The position numbers and the translations under genes are program-made. From the human T2T-CHM13v2.0 reference genome, Homo sapiens, in assembly GCF_009914755.1 (NCBI RefSeq), contig NC_060927.1: a DNA stretch of 64,000 nucleotides. One strand, 5' to 3'. The notes beneath the pieces are model-generated. The model saw only the letters and a program-made list of their open reading frames with translations, was not told the origin of the DNA and did not search any database. Each line of letters opens with the position of its first letter. Position 1 is the first letter of the stretch. Of the stretch, positions 23,231 through 50,003 are shown piece after piece.

Positions 23231-24117
23231 ACTAGGCAAACTTTAAAAATCATAATCAACTTCATTTCTTTGAGTAAAAATTGAGCTATTGTCATCTAGT
23301 GTGTTTTCCAGCAATAACTTGCGCTAATTGTGACTGACAGCCAGAGTGTGTCAGGGACTGCCAAGATTAGGGCAACACAGGCCTGGAGAAGGTGTGAGCT
23401 CAGTGGGGTTAGAATCCACCACCTTTGGCTTATTATGCTCTTAGTGCTGCTTGTACCAAGTGTTTTTGCCTTACGGCAGAACTGATCCATCAAGGCAAGA
23501 TCCTAATTGGTTAAAGCCTATCCAGAACTTCTCTCTGTCCACCTTGAAGCTGTAGGGTCCAAAGCAGTAGTCTTATTTTCTTAGCTAGAGAAGTTACATT
23601 TCCGATTGACCACACTTGGCCCTTTTTAAAATTGATAAATGCTTCTGAAATAATTCTGACTAGCATCCCTGGTAGTAAACCTCCTTTCAGTTTGGTTTCT
23701 TGGAATGGGAGCTGAGAGATGCAACTCTCACTTTGTGTTTTTCTCTTCTGAAAAGCATTTCCTGTGGGGTCGGGTCATGCACTCCATCTCATAGTTAGGG
23801 TTTCCAATCAAATGCAGAGCCATGGAGAATTAAACAGAAGAACAGAACAGAAAGGAAAAGCAGTATTCACAAGTTACATCTTAGACCTGTGGCTTCAGTT
23901 CTCACAAGGCCTGTTTTTCCCTTGCTATGATCTATGTTTTATACCACATAGAGTAAGAATAATTGTGTTTTTTGTATATGACTGTGTGTTTAGGTAATAC
24001 CTGATTTAATATTTACCTTTATAATATTGTTTACAGCAATATTTAGAAAAAGTCCAAGGAATTTGTATTTAATGATGTTTTACCCTTTCCTCTCTTCTTT
24101 TTTCTTTGTAATTTTAG

Positions 24118-24213
24118 GAGATTCCTCAACAGCTGAATGGGAGTGATTGTGGAATGTTTACTTGTAAATATGCAGATTATATTTCTAGGGACAAACCTAT
24201 CACATTTACTCAG
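24118..24213 (+). CDS. SENP2: SENP2 coding exon with the catalytic Cys: [32 protein letters not shown]
   Basis: Long pyrimidine tract, ttttag acceptor, gtgagt donor; PQQxNxSDCG motif (tgt at 24148-24150). Confidence 0.97.
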
Positions 24214-24291
24214 GTGAGTGAAGACCCTCTTCATCCATTTACTTGTTACTAAGCAAGATAAGGCACTTGGCCAGTGCCTGGCACACATTCA

Positions 24292-27412
<3,121 letters not shown>

Positions 27413-27603
27413 GTGCTTATGGTACATATCATGTAATTATGAACTGTTAAAAATGGTTTTATAAGTATGTTCCATGATGTAAAAATGTCAACACTTAGAA
27501 AAAGCACATGGACATCCTGCTTTATTACATGATTACACCTGAAGGTTGTGCTGCCATGCACATTAATATGTAATGCGGGCGTTGTTTATGGGGTTCTTTG
27601 CAG

Positions 27604-27666
27604 CACCAGATGCCTCTCTTCCGGAAGAAGATGGTGTGGGAAATCCTTCATCAGCAGTTGCTGTGA
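27604..27666 (+). CDS. SENP2: SENP2 last coding exon: HQMPLFRKKMVWEILHQQLL*
   Basis: ttgcag acceptor, TGA at 27664-27666, recognised SENP2 C-terminus. Confidence 0.97.
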   Translation, partial: HQMPLFRKKMVWEILHQQLL

Positions 27667-28892
27667 GAAAACTTTGCCTGGTCCCTCTAGCTGCTGGTGG
27701 TTCTTTCACAGACATTTCCATATACCTCATGCATTGTGGGTTAAAAAGTCCCTGCATCACTTCTGTTCTCACAGGTACTGAGCTGTCAAAAGTGCATGAA
27801 GGCCTCTCACTGTACTCTAGTCCTGACTTGGGGTGCAGAGGGCTGCTTGCAATCCTGTTTGTAAGGCTGTGCCTGCTCAGAGCTTTGGACTGTTCAACCC
27901 ACACAAGAACAAACGCTAACTAATATTTTTTTTAAGAGATTCTTTTCCCTATGAATGTGGGAAATGCAGGATTTATTCTGTGAATTGTTTGTTTCTGTGT
28001 GTTTGTTCAGCGTATTCATTCACTCACTCGTTTGCAAACATAATGGGCAGTGGTCATTTACTGCTGCTCTTTTACAGTTAGCTCTAAATTACTTGTTTGA
28101 ACTATTTATTTCTGAAAGGAATGTTACTCAAGCTGCCACTCCCTGCTGAAGAGCAGGAGGGAACTCTCACTGGGGGCGGAAGGAAGTGGAGCTGGAGCAG
28201 TAACTGCCAACATGAAGCTGGAGGGTTTGGGATTTTTTTTGTTTTTGTTTTTTTGAGGCTCAAAAAATGCTGGGAGAAATGAAAATGCTGTGGGATAGGG
28301 CTCCTGTTGCCTTTCAGAGGAAGTCTGACACTACAGCGTTGGCACAGTGCCGTGAACAGTGGAACTGTGCCCAAGGGACTCTGATTATCCAAGCATCTTC
28401 CGAAGAGTGTTGTGGTCACCTTAAAGAGACTTCCCCTTCTGGAAATGTGGTGACTTGGCTTAGTCTTCAAACTGGATTCATGGATTTGAAGTAACTGTAA
28501 ACCCTAAATCTTCATTTTCATCCCAGATCTGGTTGAGTATAAACCTCAGAATTGTAGGGGCTGGCCTGAGCTGTTTATTTCAAAAGATACTATTCAATTT
28601 AAAGCTATTTTTCCTCAGAGTTTTTGTTTTCTATATATTAAGTCTAAATTAAGTTTTCTACTCATTAAGACTAACATCTCCCCACTCCATCCCCACTGAA
28701 ATTTGTGGAAGAAAATTTAGTACTTGGCTCTGAGGTTGCCAGTTATACAATAATCTATTTTGCATATGAAAGTTTGTATTTAACTTTTTTGTTCATTAAA
28801 AACCTTACTGATATGGTTATAACTTCAGACAGTTTAGAGTTGGTCAGAACATATTTTGCAAGATCTAGTGCCTAGTGTTGCTTTTCTGATGT

Positions 28893-28898
28893 AATAAA
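28893..28898 (+). terminator. SENP2 proximal poly(A) signal AATAAA
   Basis: Canonical hexamer after a U-rich region, about 1.2 kb past the stop. Confidence 0.75.
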
Positions 28899-29242
28899 AG
28901 GTGGTCTGGCAGAACCTAAAAAAGTATATGCTGAAATGATTTCTAACCCTCTCCCTACTTAAACCTCCCAGACTTGTTCTGGTTCATAAAAGCAAGAGGT
29001 AAAACTGGAAAAATTGTGCACGTGTTACCTATGAATCTACACGCCTGCCATTTGCAGTGCTCCGGCTGCTGGTCCCAGAGGTATACTGGTTACAGCTATT
29101 GCAGCCAGTTCCCTGAGACTTGTAAAACTCCTGGTTTAGGACATGGGGCCTGTGGTGTGGATGGAAAATGCTGGGCCTACTGGATGGTCAGCCAGAGGCC
29201 ATGTGGTGGGTGATGACTGAAGCGGGAGCAGGTTGTACCACA

Positions 29243-29446
29243 CCTCTCCCCCCCCCCTTCCACTCCCCCTCCCTCCCTCTCCCCTCCCCCTCCCCCCTCC
29301 CTCCCTCCCCCCTCCCTCCCTCCCTCCCCCCTCCCCCTCCCTCCCCCTCCCTCTCTCCCTAACACCCACCCTCCCCCTTTCCCCCACCCTCCCCCCTTCT
29401 CCCCTTTCCCCCACCCTCCCCCCTTCCCCCTCCCCCCCCCCCCCCC
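29243..29446 (+). repeat. C-rich low-complexity tract (G-rich on -)
   Basis: About 200 nt of C runs separated mostly by single T, ending in C15. Confidence 0.95.
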
Positions 29447-29989
29447 GCAGCCCCTGCTCCTTTCTCTGGGCTCCTGGCATTGTGCCAGTGAGTGCTGGGA
29501 CCAGGTAATGAGCACAGCCAAAAAGGCCAGAGGTTCACTAGGTCAGCATCATACCAAACGCCTGGCTTTCACCAGGCATCAGTGTGCTTCACTTGAGAGT
29601 TTGGTACCATGGTTAAGATCGAGTCCATGCTAGGTAAGTCCTGTTAGGAATGTCAGTTTGTATTCCGCCCACGTGAATGATGCTGAGCTTAATGTATTAT
29701 TTTGAGGGGCTTCTTCAGAGCAGTTCTCACTGAGCTTTCCATTAACCTACACTCTTCCGGACGGCTCTTAAAACTTGCAGGACATAATGAAATTGGGAAG
29801 AGCAGAGTGTTGAAGTCTATAGCATGGCCTTCTGCTTGACCCTGAGTTCCTGAATTGAATGTGGGAGACCACAGGCCATACTTCTCTAGGCACTCACATG
29901 TCTCCCTTGGCATAAGGAAACATGTTAGTAATATAGTTTTTTAGATCCAAACAGTTTATTTGGATCTAAAAGTTTAAGTGTTCAGTTGA

Positions 29990-30677
<688 letters not shown>

Positions 30678-31357
30678 TAGGGGGTTGAGAAAAGATGCAG
30701 TGAGCCATTATTCTCCTTTAGCAGGTAGTCTCTTAAAAATTGATGTGGATTTTAAAAATATACCATTGAGAACACGTATCTTTCTCAAACTTGACCTTGA
30801 ACAGAGCTGGATGGGGGTGGGAGGGAAACAGATTTGGGGCATATGGAAGATATTCTTGGGAGCCCCATATTCTACCTCAGTTACCGAAGGCTATTAGAAC
30901 CTCTGAATTTTTCCTCCTCTGAAATCCTAAGCACAACTTCAGAAAACCATGTCTGATAGCGGATGTCTTCCTGCTGTGAGGAGCTGCTTGATGTGGGGAC
31001 CAAGGTGTGGGTGTGGGCGGAATGTATCCTAGTAGAAACAGTGAACCTCAGATATGAATAAATAAGCAAGAGACCGAAAGTTAAGTGTGTGACAACCTCA
31101 GTACTGTAGTTAAGCTACATTCTTTAAATTAGCTTTTGTGAACTGATTGGGAACCTAATCTCTTTTGTAACTGTTTGAGAAAAACTCTGAAGCACCTGAT
31201 ATTCAAACAAACTTATGGTACTTACTAACTCATTTGTAAATTGGCGATGTAGCTGGCTGTAGTATTGCTTTGATAATTTTTTTCTTTTAATTTACCTAAT
31301 ATATATAAGGAAGGGGTTTGGATATATTAAAATAGGTGTTAATTTTATCTATTTACC

Positions 31358-31363
31358 AATAAA
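31358..31363 (+). terminator. SENP2 distal poly(A) signal AATAAA
   Basis: Canonical hexamer with U-rich upstream sequence and downstream gtggctttcacttgtttttt. Confidence 0.7.
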
Positions 31364-32468
31364 TTCATCTCTTTAATTCAGTGGCTTTCACTTGTTTTTT
31401 ATTGCAACTCATAGGAATAAGTATTTTATGTTGTGACCACACACACACACACACACAGTGTGATTGTATATGGACACAAACAACATTGCACATACACTTT
31501 TGTGAAGTAATACATATCCTTACTATGATGATAGTTTTATTTCAGTTTTTAAAAACATTTAGGTTGTAACCACCAAGTTGATTTCTCTGCCCACTAATGG
31601 ACAGATAATGCAGAGAAGGAAAATACTGCTCTAAGTGACCTGACCGCGAGGCAAATGATGTTTAAAACCATAAAGCCTGAGACCAAAAAATACCATATAT
31701 ATTATAAATGTGAGGCTGTTTTGAGATGACTCCATCTAAATCTAGGAAAACAGACTAGCAGCTTTGAGACTTTTGATGGAAATATGTGGTGGAAACAATC
31801 TTTAGGTTCTCAGATGGGCATTTCCTAAAATGTGTTAAGTAGAAGTCTTGTAACTTGTATAAAAAATATGAAATCCCAGCACTTTGGGGGCCATTGAGGC
31901 AGGAGAATTGCTTGAGCCCAGGAGTTTGAGACTAGCCTGGGCAAGATAGCAAGACCTCAGTTTTTTTTTGTTGTTGTTTTTTTTTGTTTGTTTGTTTTTA
32001 AAGGATATAAAGCAAAGGGTCTGTGGGCCAATGAATATGTGTACCATGTCCTTTCCTCCTGGGGATGTATAACAAACATCATAAGAAGTTTGATATGAAC
32101 GAGTTATGTCTTAACCTAGCATTTCCCAAAACTTGGACATTGAACCCTTTTCTATGAGACACCTGTGGAACTATTTTTTGGAATACACTTCTTAGGAAAG
32201 TGCCAGGAGAAGCAACAGAGAGAGTTCTTGGCAGTATGTACTTTAAGAACACACTGGGCAACCTTACCACTCCCCTTCCACGGCCTCCCAGCAACACCCC
32301 CCTCCTCATGGTGATCATAAAGTCTGATCCCACACTACCACCCTGTCTCCTTTTATTTTTATTTAATTATATCAGTAATAGGGGTTCATAGAAAATACCG
32401 ATAAGGTAAAGAAAGTTAATTCTGCAAATTCACAACCAGAGTTAATACCTCTTAACATTAACATTTGG

Positions 32469-37140
<4,672 letters not shown>

Positions 37141-37823
37141 TGTGTTCTTGCTCATTTGCCATGGATACCTCAATTAGGGAACAGCTTTCAGTAATGACGG
37201 TGGTTGCCAAGAATCCCCCAGCTTCTCTTGGGCTGGCTGGCACCTATGGCTTGTTTCTACCTTTGTGAGGGCAGTGGGCTTGAGTCCTAAATGGGGGAGG
37301 GCAAAGGTGAAGCCACAGGTGCAGGGGCTTCTACTGGCCACACGAAGGGCCAGCCTGTCCCTGTCCATATTCATGCCAACCACAGCAGTGAGAATAACAG
37401 TAGGGGGGACAGCTGGACAGCTCCATGCCGTAAAACTTCAAAAGTCAAGTCAGCATCACTGAAATTGGAAATGAGAAAATGAGTGAGGACATCAGTGAGG
37501 AACACATTTTACATGGTACAGGGGGAATGTGGCTGCTCTGGAATCCCAACAGTTCACCATCAACTGCCCCCGCCGTGCTATGAACTGTTATCCCAAAAAC
37601 CTAACTGGCTACCTCTGGCAGTCAGTGTTAACTCTTTATTCCTAAGATCGCTTGGACGCTTGGCAGCCATCTCTCATAGGCTCCCCAAGTCTATGAACAC
37701 AAGCTTAGAAATGGAGCATGGCTTTTCTTGTCCAACCTTTGCACAGCACGTTGGTGGGAGGGCCAGGTCCAGCACCCACTCCTCAGTCCAAGGCTGATCC
37801 TGCCCTCCTGAATTCTCAGAACA

Positions 37824-41045
<3,222 letters not shown>

Positions 41046-41221
41046 CACTTACTAGTGAGCTTCCCGTGGAGGCGTGAAGTGCCTCTTCCCGGAACTGCCG
41101 GGCATATTATCCTCCCCCTTTCCTCCACTTAAAAAGCAGCTTTGCCTGGCCAGGCTTGCAGTTCCTTAAGGATAGACTGGTCTTCTCTAGCTTGACATGC
41201 AGTCGATCCATCCCTCTAGCT

Positions 41222-41395
41222 CCGAGGTTCGGAAACTTCAGTGCGCACAGCAATCACCCAGAGGCCTTGCTGAAAAGGTTGCTGGGCCTCACCCCCAGGA
41301 TTTCTGATTCAAGGTGGACCCCAAGAATCTACATTTCTAACAAGTTCCCAGATGATAGCTGATGCTGCTGGTCTGGGGACTACACTTTGACCACC
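41222..41395. mobile_element. MER5A-like hAT MITE
   Basis: aatcaccc...ttgctgggcctcacccccagga tttctgattca...catttctaacaagttcccagatgat...gctgctggtctggggactacacttt. Confidence 0.85.
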
Positions 41396-41569
41396 GATCT
41401 AGTTTAGCTTCTCCCAAAGACTTTCCTGGGCAAAACCAGCTTTCTCAGAGTAGCTGTGTGGATCCAGGTCACACCTACCGCCTGTCTGCCCAGGTCCCTC
41501 AGAGCTAGGACTCAGCTGACACCTGGGATGAGGCAATGCCTAGTAAAATAAAACACCAAGACACCAGGA

Positions 41570-43365
41570 TCTTGTTAGCTGGATATATTTCTGTTTTTTC
41601 TTTTTTTTTCTTTTTTTTTTTTTTTTTTTTTGTCACAGAACACTGTTTGCAGTAGAGGAAACTGGCATTGCAGTCTGGTGGTATAATGGCTTGTCCACAT
41701 AAACCAGTACATGTTCATCCTTTAGCGCAAAAAGCCCTAATGGCGCGTACCCTATTAAAATTCAGGACATCTCCAATATTCTCTCTCTCTGTTTTTCTTT
41801 GTCATCTTTTTTTTTTTTAAATAAACATTTTCAAGGTTTGTCCAAAAGAAGGCCATATAGGTTCTTGGCTAGCGGAAGACAATTCAGAACAGCTGTTGCA
41901 CACTTGGACTGTCACCTTCTCCAGGCTGGCAGTTGATATCTTATTTTTTTTCCAACTCATTTTTATTAAAAAAATAAAAAAATGCTCCAACTATCAGCTT
42001 TACAAAATCTCTAAGGGAAACACAAGAGCAAGGTGCTGAGGTAAAAACACCTGAGGTAGCTTCTTCTGTGTGTTTTTCTCGTTAAAAAAATCTGTGAATT
42101 TAACGCCCTGGGCCAACAACCTTGGTAAATTTCTACTTTCCTCCACATTTTTTTTTTTTAAAGAAAGGAATCATTTTGCTGAATATTGATGGCTTATACA
42201 CCAAAATGCAAAAAGACAAAATACATTCTTTCATTGTGGAATTTTTTCTTTGTTTGGTTGATTGGTTGGTTTGGTGGGTTCCTGTTTTCCTCTTCCAAAA
42301 CGCTAGGACAAGTACCATTGACTCTTGTTCTTTTGAGTAACCAAGTGTAAGTTGAGGCTGGTTTGTGTGTTTCGCTTTTGTTCCTTTTGTGTGATGTGAT
42401 ACTCAGAGCACTGCTTTGCCTGGGGGGGGGGGGGGGGTGCGTAGATACGGGATTGAGATGGAGGGATGAGGAAATTCAAAAGAATGGAGATGGAGAAGAA
42501 GGGGAGGGGAGGGAGGGGAGAGATAAACAGAGAGAGACAGAGAATTATATAGCAGTATGCAAAAAACCAGTTTAAAACCTGTGAAGCAAAGAGAAATGGG
42601 TGTATGAGCTAGACAGGCATGAGGAGTGACAGAGTTTCCTCTTCAAGGAGACGGTATCCCTTCTGTTGACATACACAGGTGATCCAGAACTGCCGTGAGT
42701 GTCCTTCCGACGAGATTTCCCTCTGGGTGAATTTTGTGCGGGTGGCCTCAAAGCTCCTCTCTACACCGTGAGACCTCCCAAAGACTTTATTCTTTAAAGT
42801 CTAGAAAAGCCTGCTTTCTCTTTAAAAAGAAAAAAAAATTAATAATTGATTAAAAATTGGAGTTAGTTGAGTTATTTGATATATTATTTCTAAAATATAT
42901 TACCGCTGCAGGCACCCTGTGTAACCCACAGGCCACATATCTTAACATCTTCCCTTTCTAATATGTACACACATGTACAGAGACGATTTGCCACAGAAAA
43001 AGGGTGTGCATTTTGCTTGGCTTTGAACACGTTCACCTATGTTAGTTCAACTAAAAGGGATAGCGTCGTGGGAGTTCAGGAGAGATCCGAGTGGATGGTG
43101 AAGTGGATGGCTGAAGCCTGCAGAAGCCCTGGGGGGCGGGAGGCGGGGCTCGGTGGTTCTGGCAAACCTGGCTGACCTTCCCCGCCCCTCCTCGGCCCCT
43201 GGGGTTCTCAGGGCCTCGGCAGAGTCCCTGGCCGCCTCCGCAGACTTCTCATTCCTCAGATGGTCTTTGGTTTGCTCCCGATCTGGCTGGCTGCGTTTGG
43301 TCTCATTCTGTCAGGTGTTGGAAGGGCTACATTCATCCGTTGTTTTGCTGGTGCCTGTGGGAGCC
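41570..43365 (-). other. IGF2BP2: IGF2BP2 3' UTR
   Basis: Repeat-free ~1.8 kb after the stop codon with let-7 sites; end inferred from AATATA (tatatt at 41584-41589) and a downstream GU-rich element. Confidence 0.8.
42037..42059 (-). promoter_or_regulatory. Two let-7 seed sites in the IGF2BP2 3' UTR
   Basis: CTACCTCA 8mer (42052-42059) and TACCTCA 7mer-A1 (42037-42043) on -. Confidence 0.85.
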
Positions 43366-43458
43366 TCACTTGCTGCGCTGTGAGGCGACTCCCTGAGGGT
43401 ATTTCTGCTCCTGCTGCTTCACCTGTTGTACAATTTCCCTGATCTTGCGCTGTGCAGT
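43366..43458 (-). CDS. IGF2BP2: IGF2BP2 last coding exon: [30 protein letters not shown]
   Basis: Pyrimidine tract and ctgcag acceptor; TGA at 43368-43366; recognised IMP2 C-terminus. Confidence 0.97.
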
Positions 43459-44805
43459 CTGCAGCAAGGGAGAGAAGGGAGAGGAAGGGACAGGGGAAAA
43501 AAGGAACCCAGTTCTGAGGACAAACGGCAGGGGAGGCTCTGGGGCTTGGGGATGAAGGGTGGAATGCTCAGACAAGCATCATCTACCCACCCCCGCACGT
43601 TACTCCAGGCCCTTTTCTGCCTGGAAGTAAGTGGCAGAGGTCCCCCCTCCACTCCCACCCCAAGGTCCAGGGTAAGGGGATGGGACTCCGGCAGCTTCCA
43701 GTTCACTGCTGGACGGACAGGCCAGGAAGCAGAAGCAGGGCGCCAGCAACTGGGGGCCGTGCAGAGTCAGATGCTACACTTGGGCTCCCGTGCTGCTCCC
43801 GCCCCCGTTCTACAGCGGCTAGGAGGGCATGAGTGTGAGGGACAGGGGAGGGAGGGAGGAACTGAGCCCAGATGCTCTACCCTGAACAGCTGGAGCACAC
43901 ACATGAACCCCCACCTGTCCCCTCACCCAGCCTAGCACTGTCCCTGCAGGCAGCTCCCTGCAGACTGAACTCCTGTAGGAACAGGCTGTTCAGACACATT
44001 CCCAGGGCCCTGAGGAGCTGAGCTGGGAGACAGCAGACAGGGGCGTGGCCAGGGACTCTGACTGCAGAAGACTCAAGTGAGAATTTCAAAGGGCACTGGG
44101 CGGGGGGTGCGTGTGTGGGTGGCGGGGGATCCACAGTGTGGCAGCTGCCCTTTCCTGGACCATCAGGTCTCAGCACAGGCACAGGTGTTGGGAGAGCAGG
44201 CTGACAGCTTAGACAAACCTTCAGTGTCTGCTTACACCAAGTACACTGTTTGTCTTCACTGGTTTAGGACAAAGACCAGGAACGCTCTCCCCAAAACTCA
44301 ATTTACAAAAGCATCAAAGAGAAAGAGGCCAGGTGCTGGCCTTTCCCAATGAAAGAGAAGCGGCTGTGTGGAGGTGCAGTATTTTGATAGGGTGGGTTGT
44401 GGTGAGACCGAAGAGGAGGAGGAGAGAGAAATGCCGTGAGCATGTAGTCTTTCACAGGGAGTGCTCAGGCTTTCAGGGAGGAATCCAGAGGGTGGGCTTG
44501 CCTGGCTCCCAGTGGGGAGGCTGGGACTGAGGCCTGAGGAGAGAGGGTGAGGGAAGCTGAGGCCATGCCCTTAAACACTGCAGGGGGCTTGGAACCACAT
44601 GGCTTTGCTTAAGCGCTTAACTCTTCACTCTTCCCCAAGCTCCTAGCATACATACCTCGGGGATGACAGTGGAGAGAAGTGTGAAACAATGTCCCCTGCC
44701 CCGGGGGCCATCCCTAAAGAGCCAGGAAGAACCAGGGAGAGGTTCCATCTTGGCGTGGATTGATGCTCAGGGCCTGTGGCCACCTGACAGGCCACCAGCA
44801 GCTTA

Positions 44806-45018
<213 letters not shown>

Positions 45019-46010
45019 TCAACGTGGTGGGCTCAGGACGGAGTGAGGGGCCAAGAGGTGGAGCAGGGGAAGGAGGGGGGCTGGACTCTGCTCTCCTTTC
45101 CTTTTATCAAGGACACCCCGGGGGCTCCTCTGCCCCTGAGCACATGGGGCCATGTTGGTTGGGCCCTGACAGGCTCAATGACAGGGAGAGGGAGTCCAGC
45201 CACAGATTCCTGGGGCTGCTTCTGAGGCGAAGTTCTCTTATTCTGGAGTTCCCATCAACGCAGGCCTGCACATGCTCACAGAGACCCCAGGCTTTCCCAT
45301 ACCCCCCCACTCCCCACCCCTACCCTGTAAGATCATTCCTCCTGGACATGCTGTCCTGGGTGCTGACCACGAGCCCAAACCTCCTCTTGGTTAACTTTCC
45401 CTGCGAATCAGCCCTGCTGTTCCCTCCTCCTCGTTTTCACTCCTGCCGCCAAGACTTGCTCATGCTGTTCCTACCCTTGGATTGTTGTCCTCTCTCCCGG
45501 CCACTGGATCCCACCCCAGGCCCACCTCCATGAAGCCTCCAGCCCATGCTGAGCTCCTCGTGTCTCCAACCACTGCCTGCATTGTTCATCCTCCCCGCTG
45601 CCTCACTGGGCCTGCTTCCCAACAGGACTGCACGCTTCCTGAGGGCTCAGACCCCGTCCTCTGGCCCTCTGGCCTGATGCCGAGCTCACAGGCGGGTTCA
45701 GCATGTGCTTTAGGGGAAACCTGAAAGTCTGGAGGATGCAGAGAATTCAGTGACTGGTTCTGAAATAGCTAAACAGGACACCCAGGGGCTCAGGATTCTA
45801 CTCCCTGCTGATCCATCTGCTTTCTTTTGCCTCCTACATTCCAGCTCCGCCTAAAGCGCAGTGTGTGCCCTGGAGCGCCGACTGCATTCTGGAGACGGGG
45901 AATCCTTTGATTCCACACCGCTTCGTTCTTTCGTATAAAGCTGACTCATTACATCTAGAACTTGGTTTTGAATTCCGTTTAAGAGTTTCTATGTAAAGAG
46001 CTTTACAACA

Positions 46011-46316
<306 letters not shown>

Positions 46317-46925
46317 GCTTTACAAAAACAGCAAATAACACACATATACATATATACACATACACACTCAGGACTCAAGAGACCCCCGCCTCCCCGCCAA
46401 GTTCCTGCCACCCAACACTGCTACTTTGCCAGCAAGCCTGCACTAGGCTCTACTGGAACTTCTCAGTGGTCATCTCCCCACCCAGGTCAGTAAGTCACAT
46501 TCCAGAACATACCTGGGTCTACAGACCACCTGGCTCATTCCAACAAGCTTCAAAGTTAACGCTCTGGCACTTTTCAAACTACACTGTGTTTGTTCCTGCA
46601 CCTTCCAGTAGAAAATGCAGATGATCTTTCAAAAAACAATCTCCTCCTTGCCCACCCTCCTACTGCTAAACTAGCTCCCCTAGAGCCATGTTTGGGAAAC
46701 AGCCAGAAGATAGAGCCTGTGGAGGGGGAGTTAGGGACTGGAGGCATCTGTCAGGAGGGCTGAGAGTCAGAAGAGAGTGCAGGGCACAGGCCTGAGTGAA
46801 ATCCAGGGAAGGTGGTGGTCTGCCAAGTGGGTTAGCATCTCTCTCGGTGGGAATCCCCCCTTTCCAATTTTAATGGCTGCTACATGTGGGTATAAAGGGG
46901 GCAGAAGACAGCCTCTCTGTTTTCA

Positions 46926-47402
<477 letters not shown>

Positions 47403-47849
47403 TCAGCCAGCAGCCGGCCACTTCATCAGTGCTGCGAAGGGCACTGGAGAGTCCAGACAATGGGTCAGTCCCATTCCCACACTCCCTGGGACACACAGGA
47501 AGCTGCGTGCCCCAGCCTCCGCTCACAGACCTGGGGGGCGCTGCTCCCGCCACGTCAGATGGCTGCACTTTGAAAAATGTGGATGGGCATTCATGTTTTG
47601 GTGGTTTGCACAAGACTGCCTCCTCTAGGGAGCTTTCTGTGTGTCAGGGCTAAGGGGATGGGTGAGGGGATGCAACTCTATGTCTTATTTCCATATTATC
47701 ACCTATAAAGATTTGCTTGATTGACTGAATTTGTTCAGGGGATTCTTATCCCATCACCACAGGGTCATACCCCTGGTTAGTAAGGATGGAGGTGATGGTG
47801 GTGGTAATGGGATTTGAGGAGCCTGATATTGTTTTAATTAAAAAAATTT

Positions 47850-49347
<1,498 letters not shown>

Positions 49348-49928
49348 CTGAGGCTATTGCTTTTGAGTGGTTCCACATGTGTGAATTTCCTCTTCTCAGC
49401 TAAATTTTAAATATTTTTAATGATAAGGATTGTACTTTTATAAATAAATAAATATGTGTTTCTCACTTTTAGAAAGCTCGAGTTATAATTTTCCTAGGGA
49501 AGAAAAAAAGGCAAAAACAAAACAAAGCAAAACACACCTCACCAAAAAACCTTCCAACAAACCATGCTACTTCCCCTTACACCTGTGTTAGTCCTCCATA
49601 GCTTGAAGGGTAGACATGACTAAATGAGCCGGAGACATCCATCCTCAAAACCAGGGCTAAGGGATCAGAGGTGCCAGAGCAGGGGCCACTCGAACTGGGC
49701 ACCAACAGATGATCTACTTTTCCATGAGAGGGAAGGGAAAGAGGGCTTCCCAGCAGAGGGCAAACATGCAGAAGAACAGCCAGGGATGACAGGGTGAGCC
49801 TGAGCTTGGTGGGCAGCAGCAGGGAGGGAAATGGAGGCTGGGCCTCCAAAGAAGAGCCTTGAATGTGCCTCTGAGGTGGCTGCTCTGTGCCCAGAGCCTG
49901 CAGGGCTGAGGTGTCCCTTGGCACTAAC

Positions 49929-50003
49929 CTTGAACTGGGCTTCCGGTGGCCCGGTGATGATGACCATCCTTTCGCTGACGTCTGGGCCTTCCGCAGGGGC
50001 AAT
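49929..50003 (-). CDS. IGF2BP2: IGF2BP2 coding exon (KH3): [25 protein letters not shown]
   Basis: ccacag acceptor, gttagt donor, 75 nt. Confidence 0.97.

Noticed and set aside
29136-29521. Pro-rich and Gly/Glu/Arg-rich ORFs
   Set aside because: Products of the C-rich low-complexity tract, which lacks stop codons by composition.
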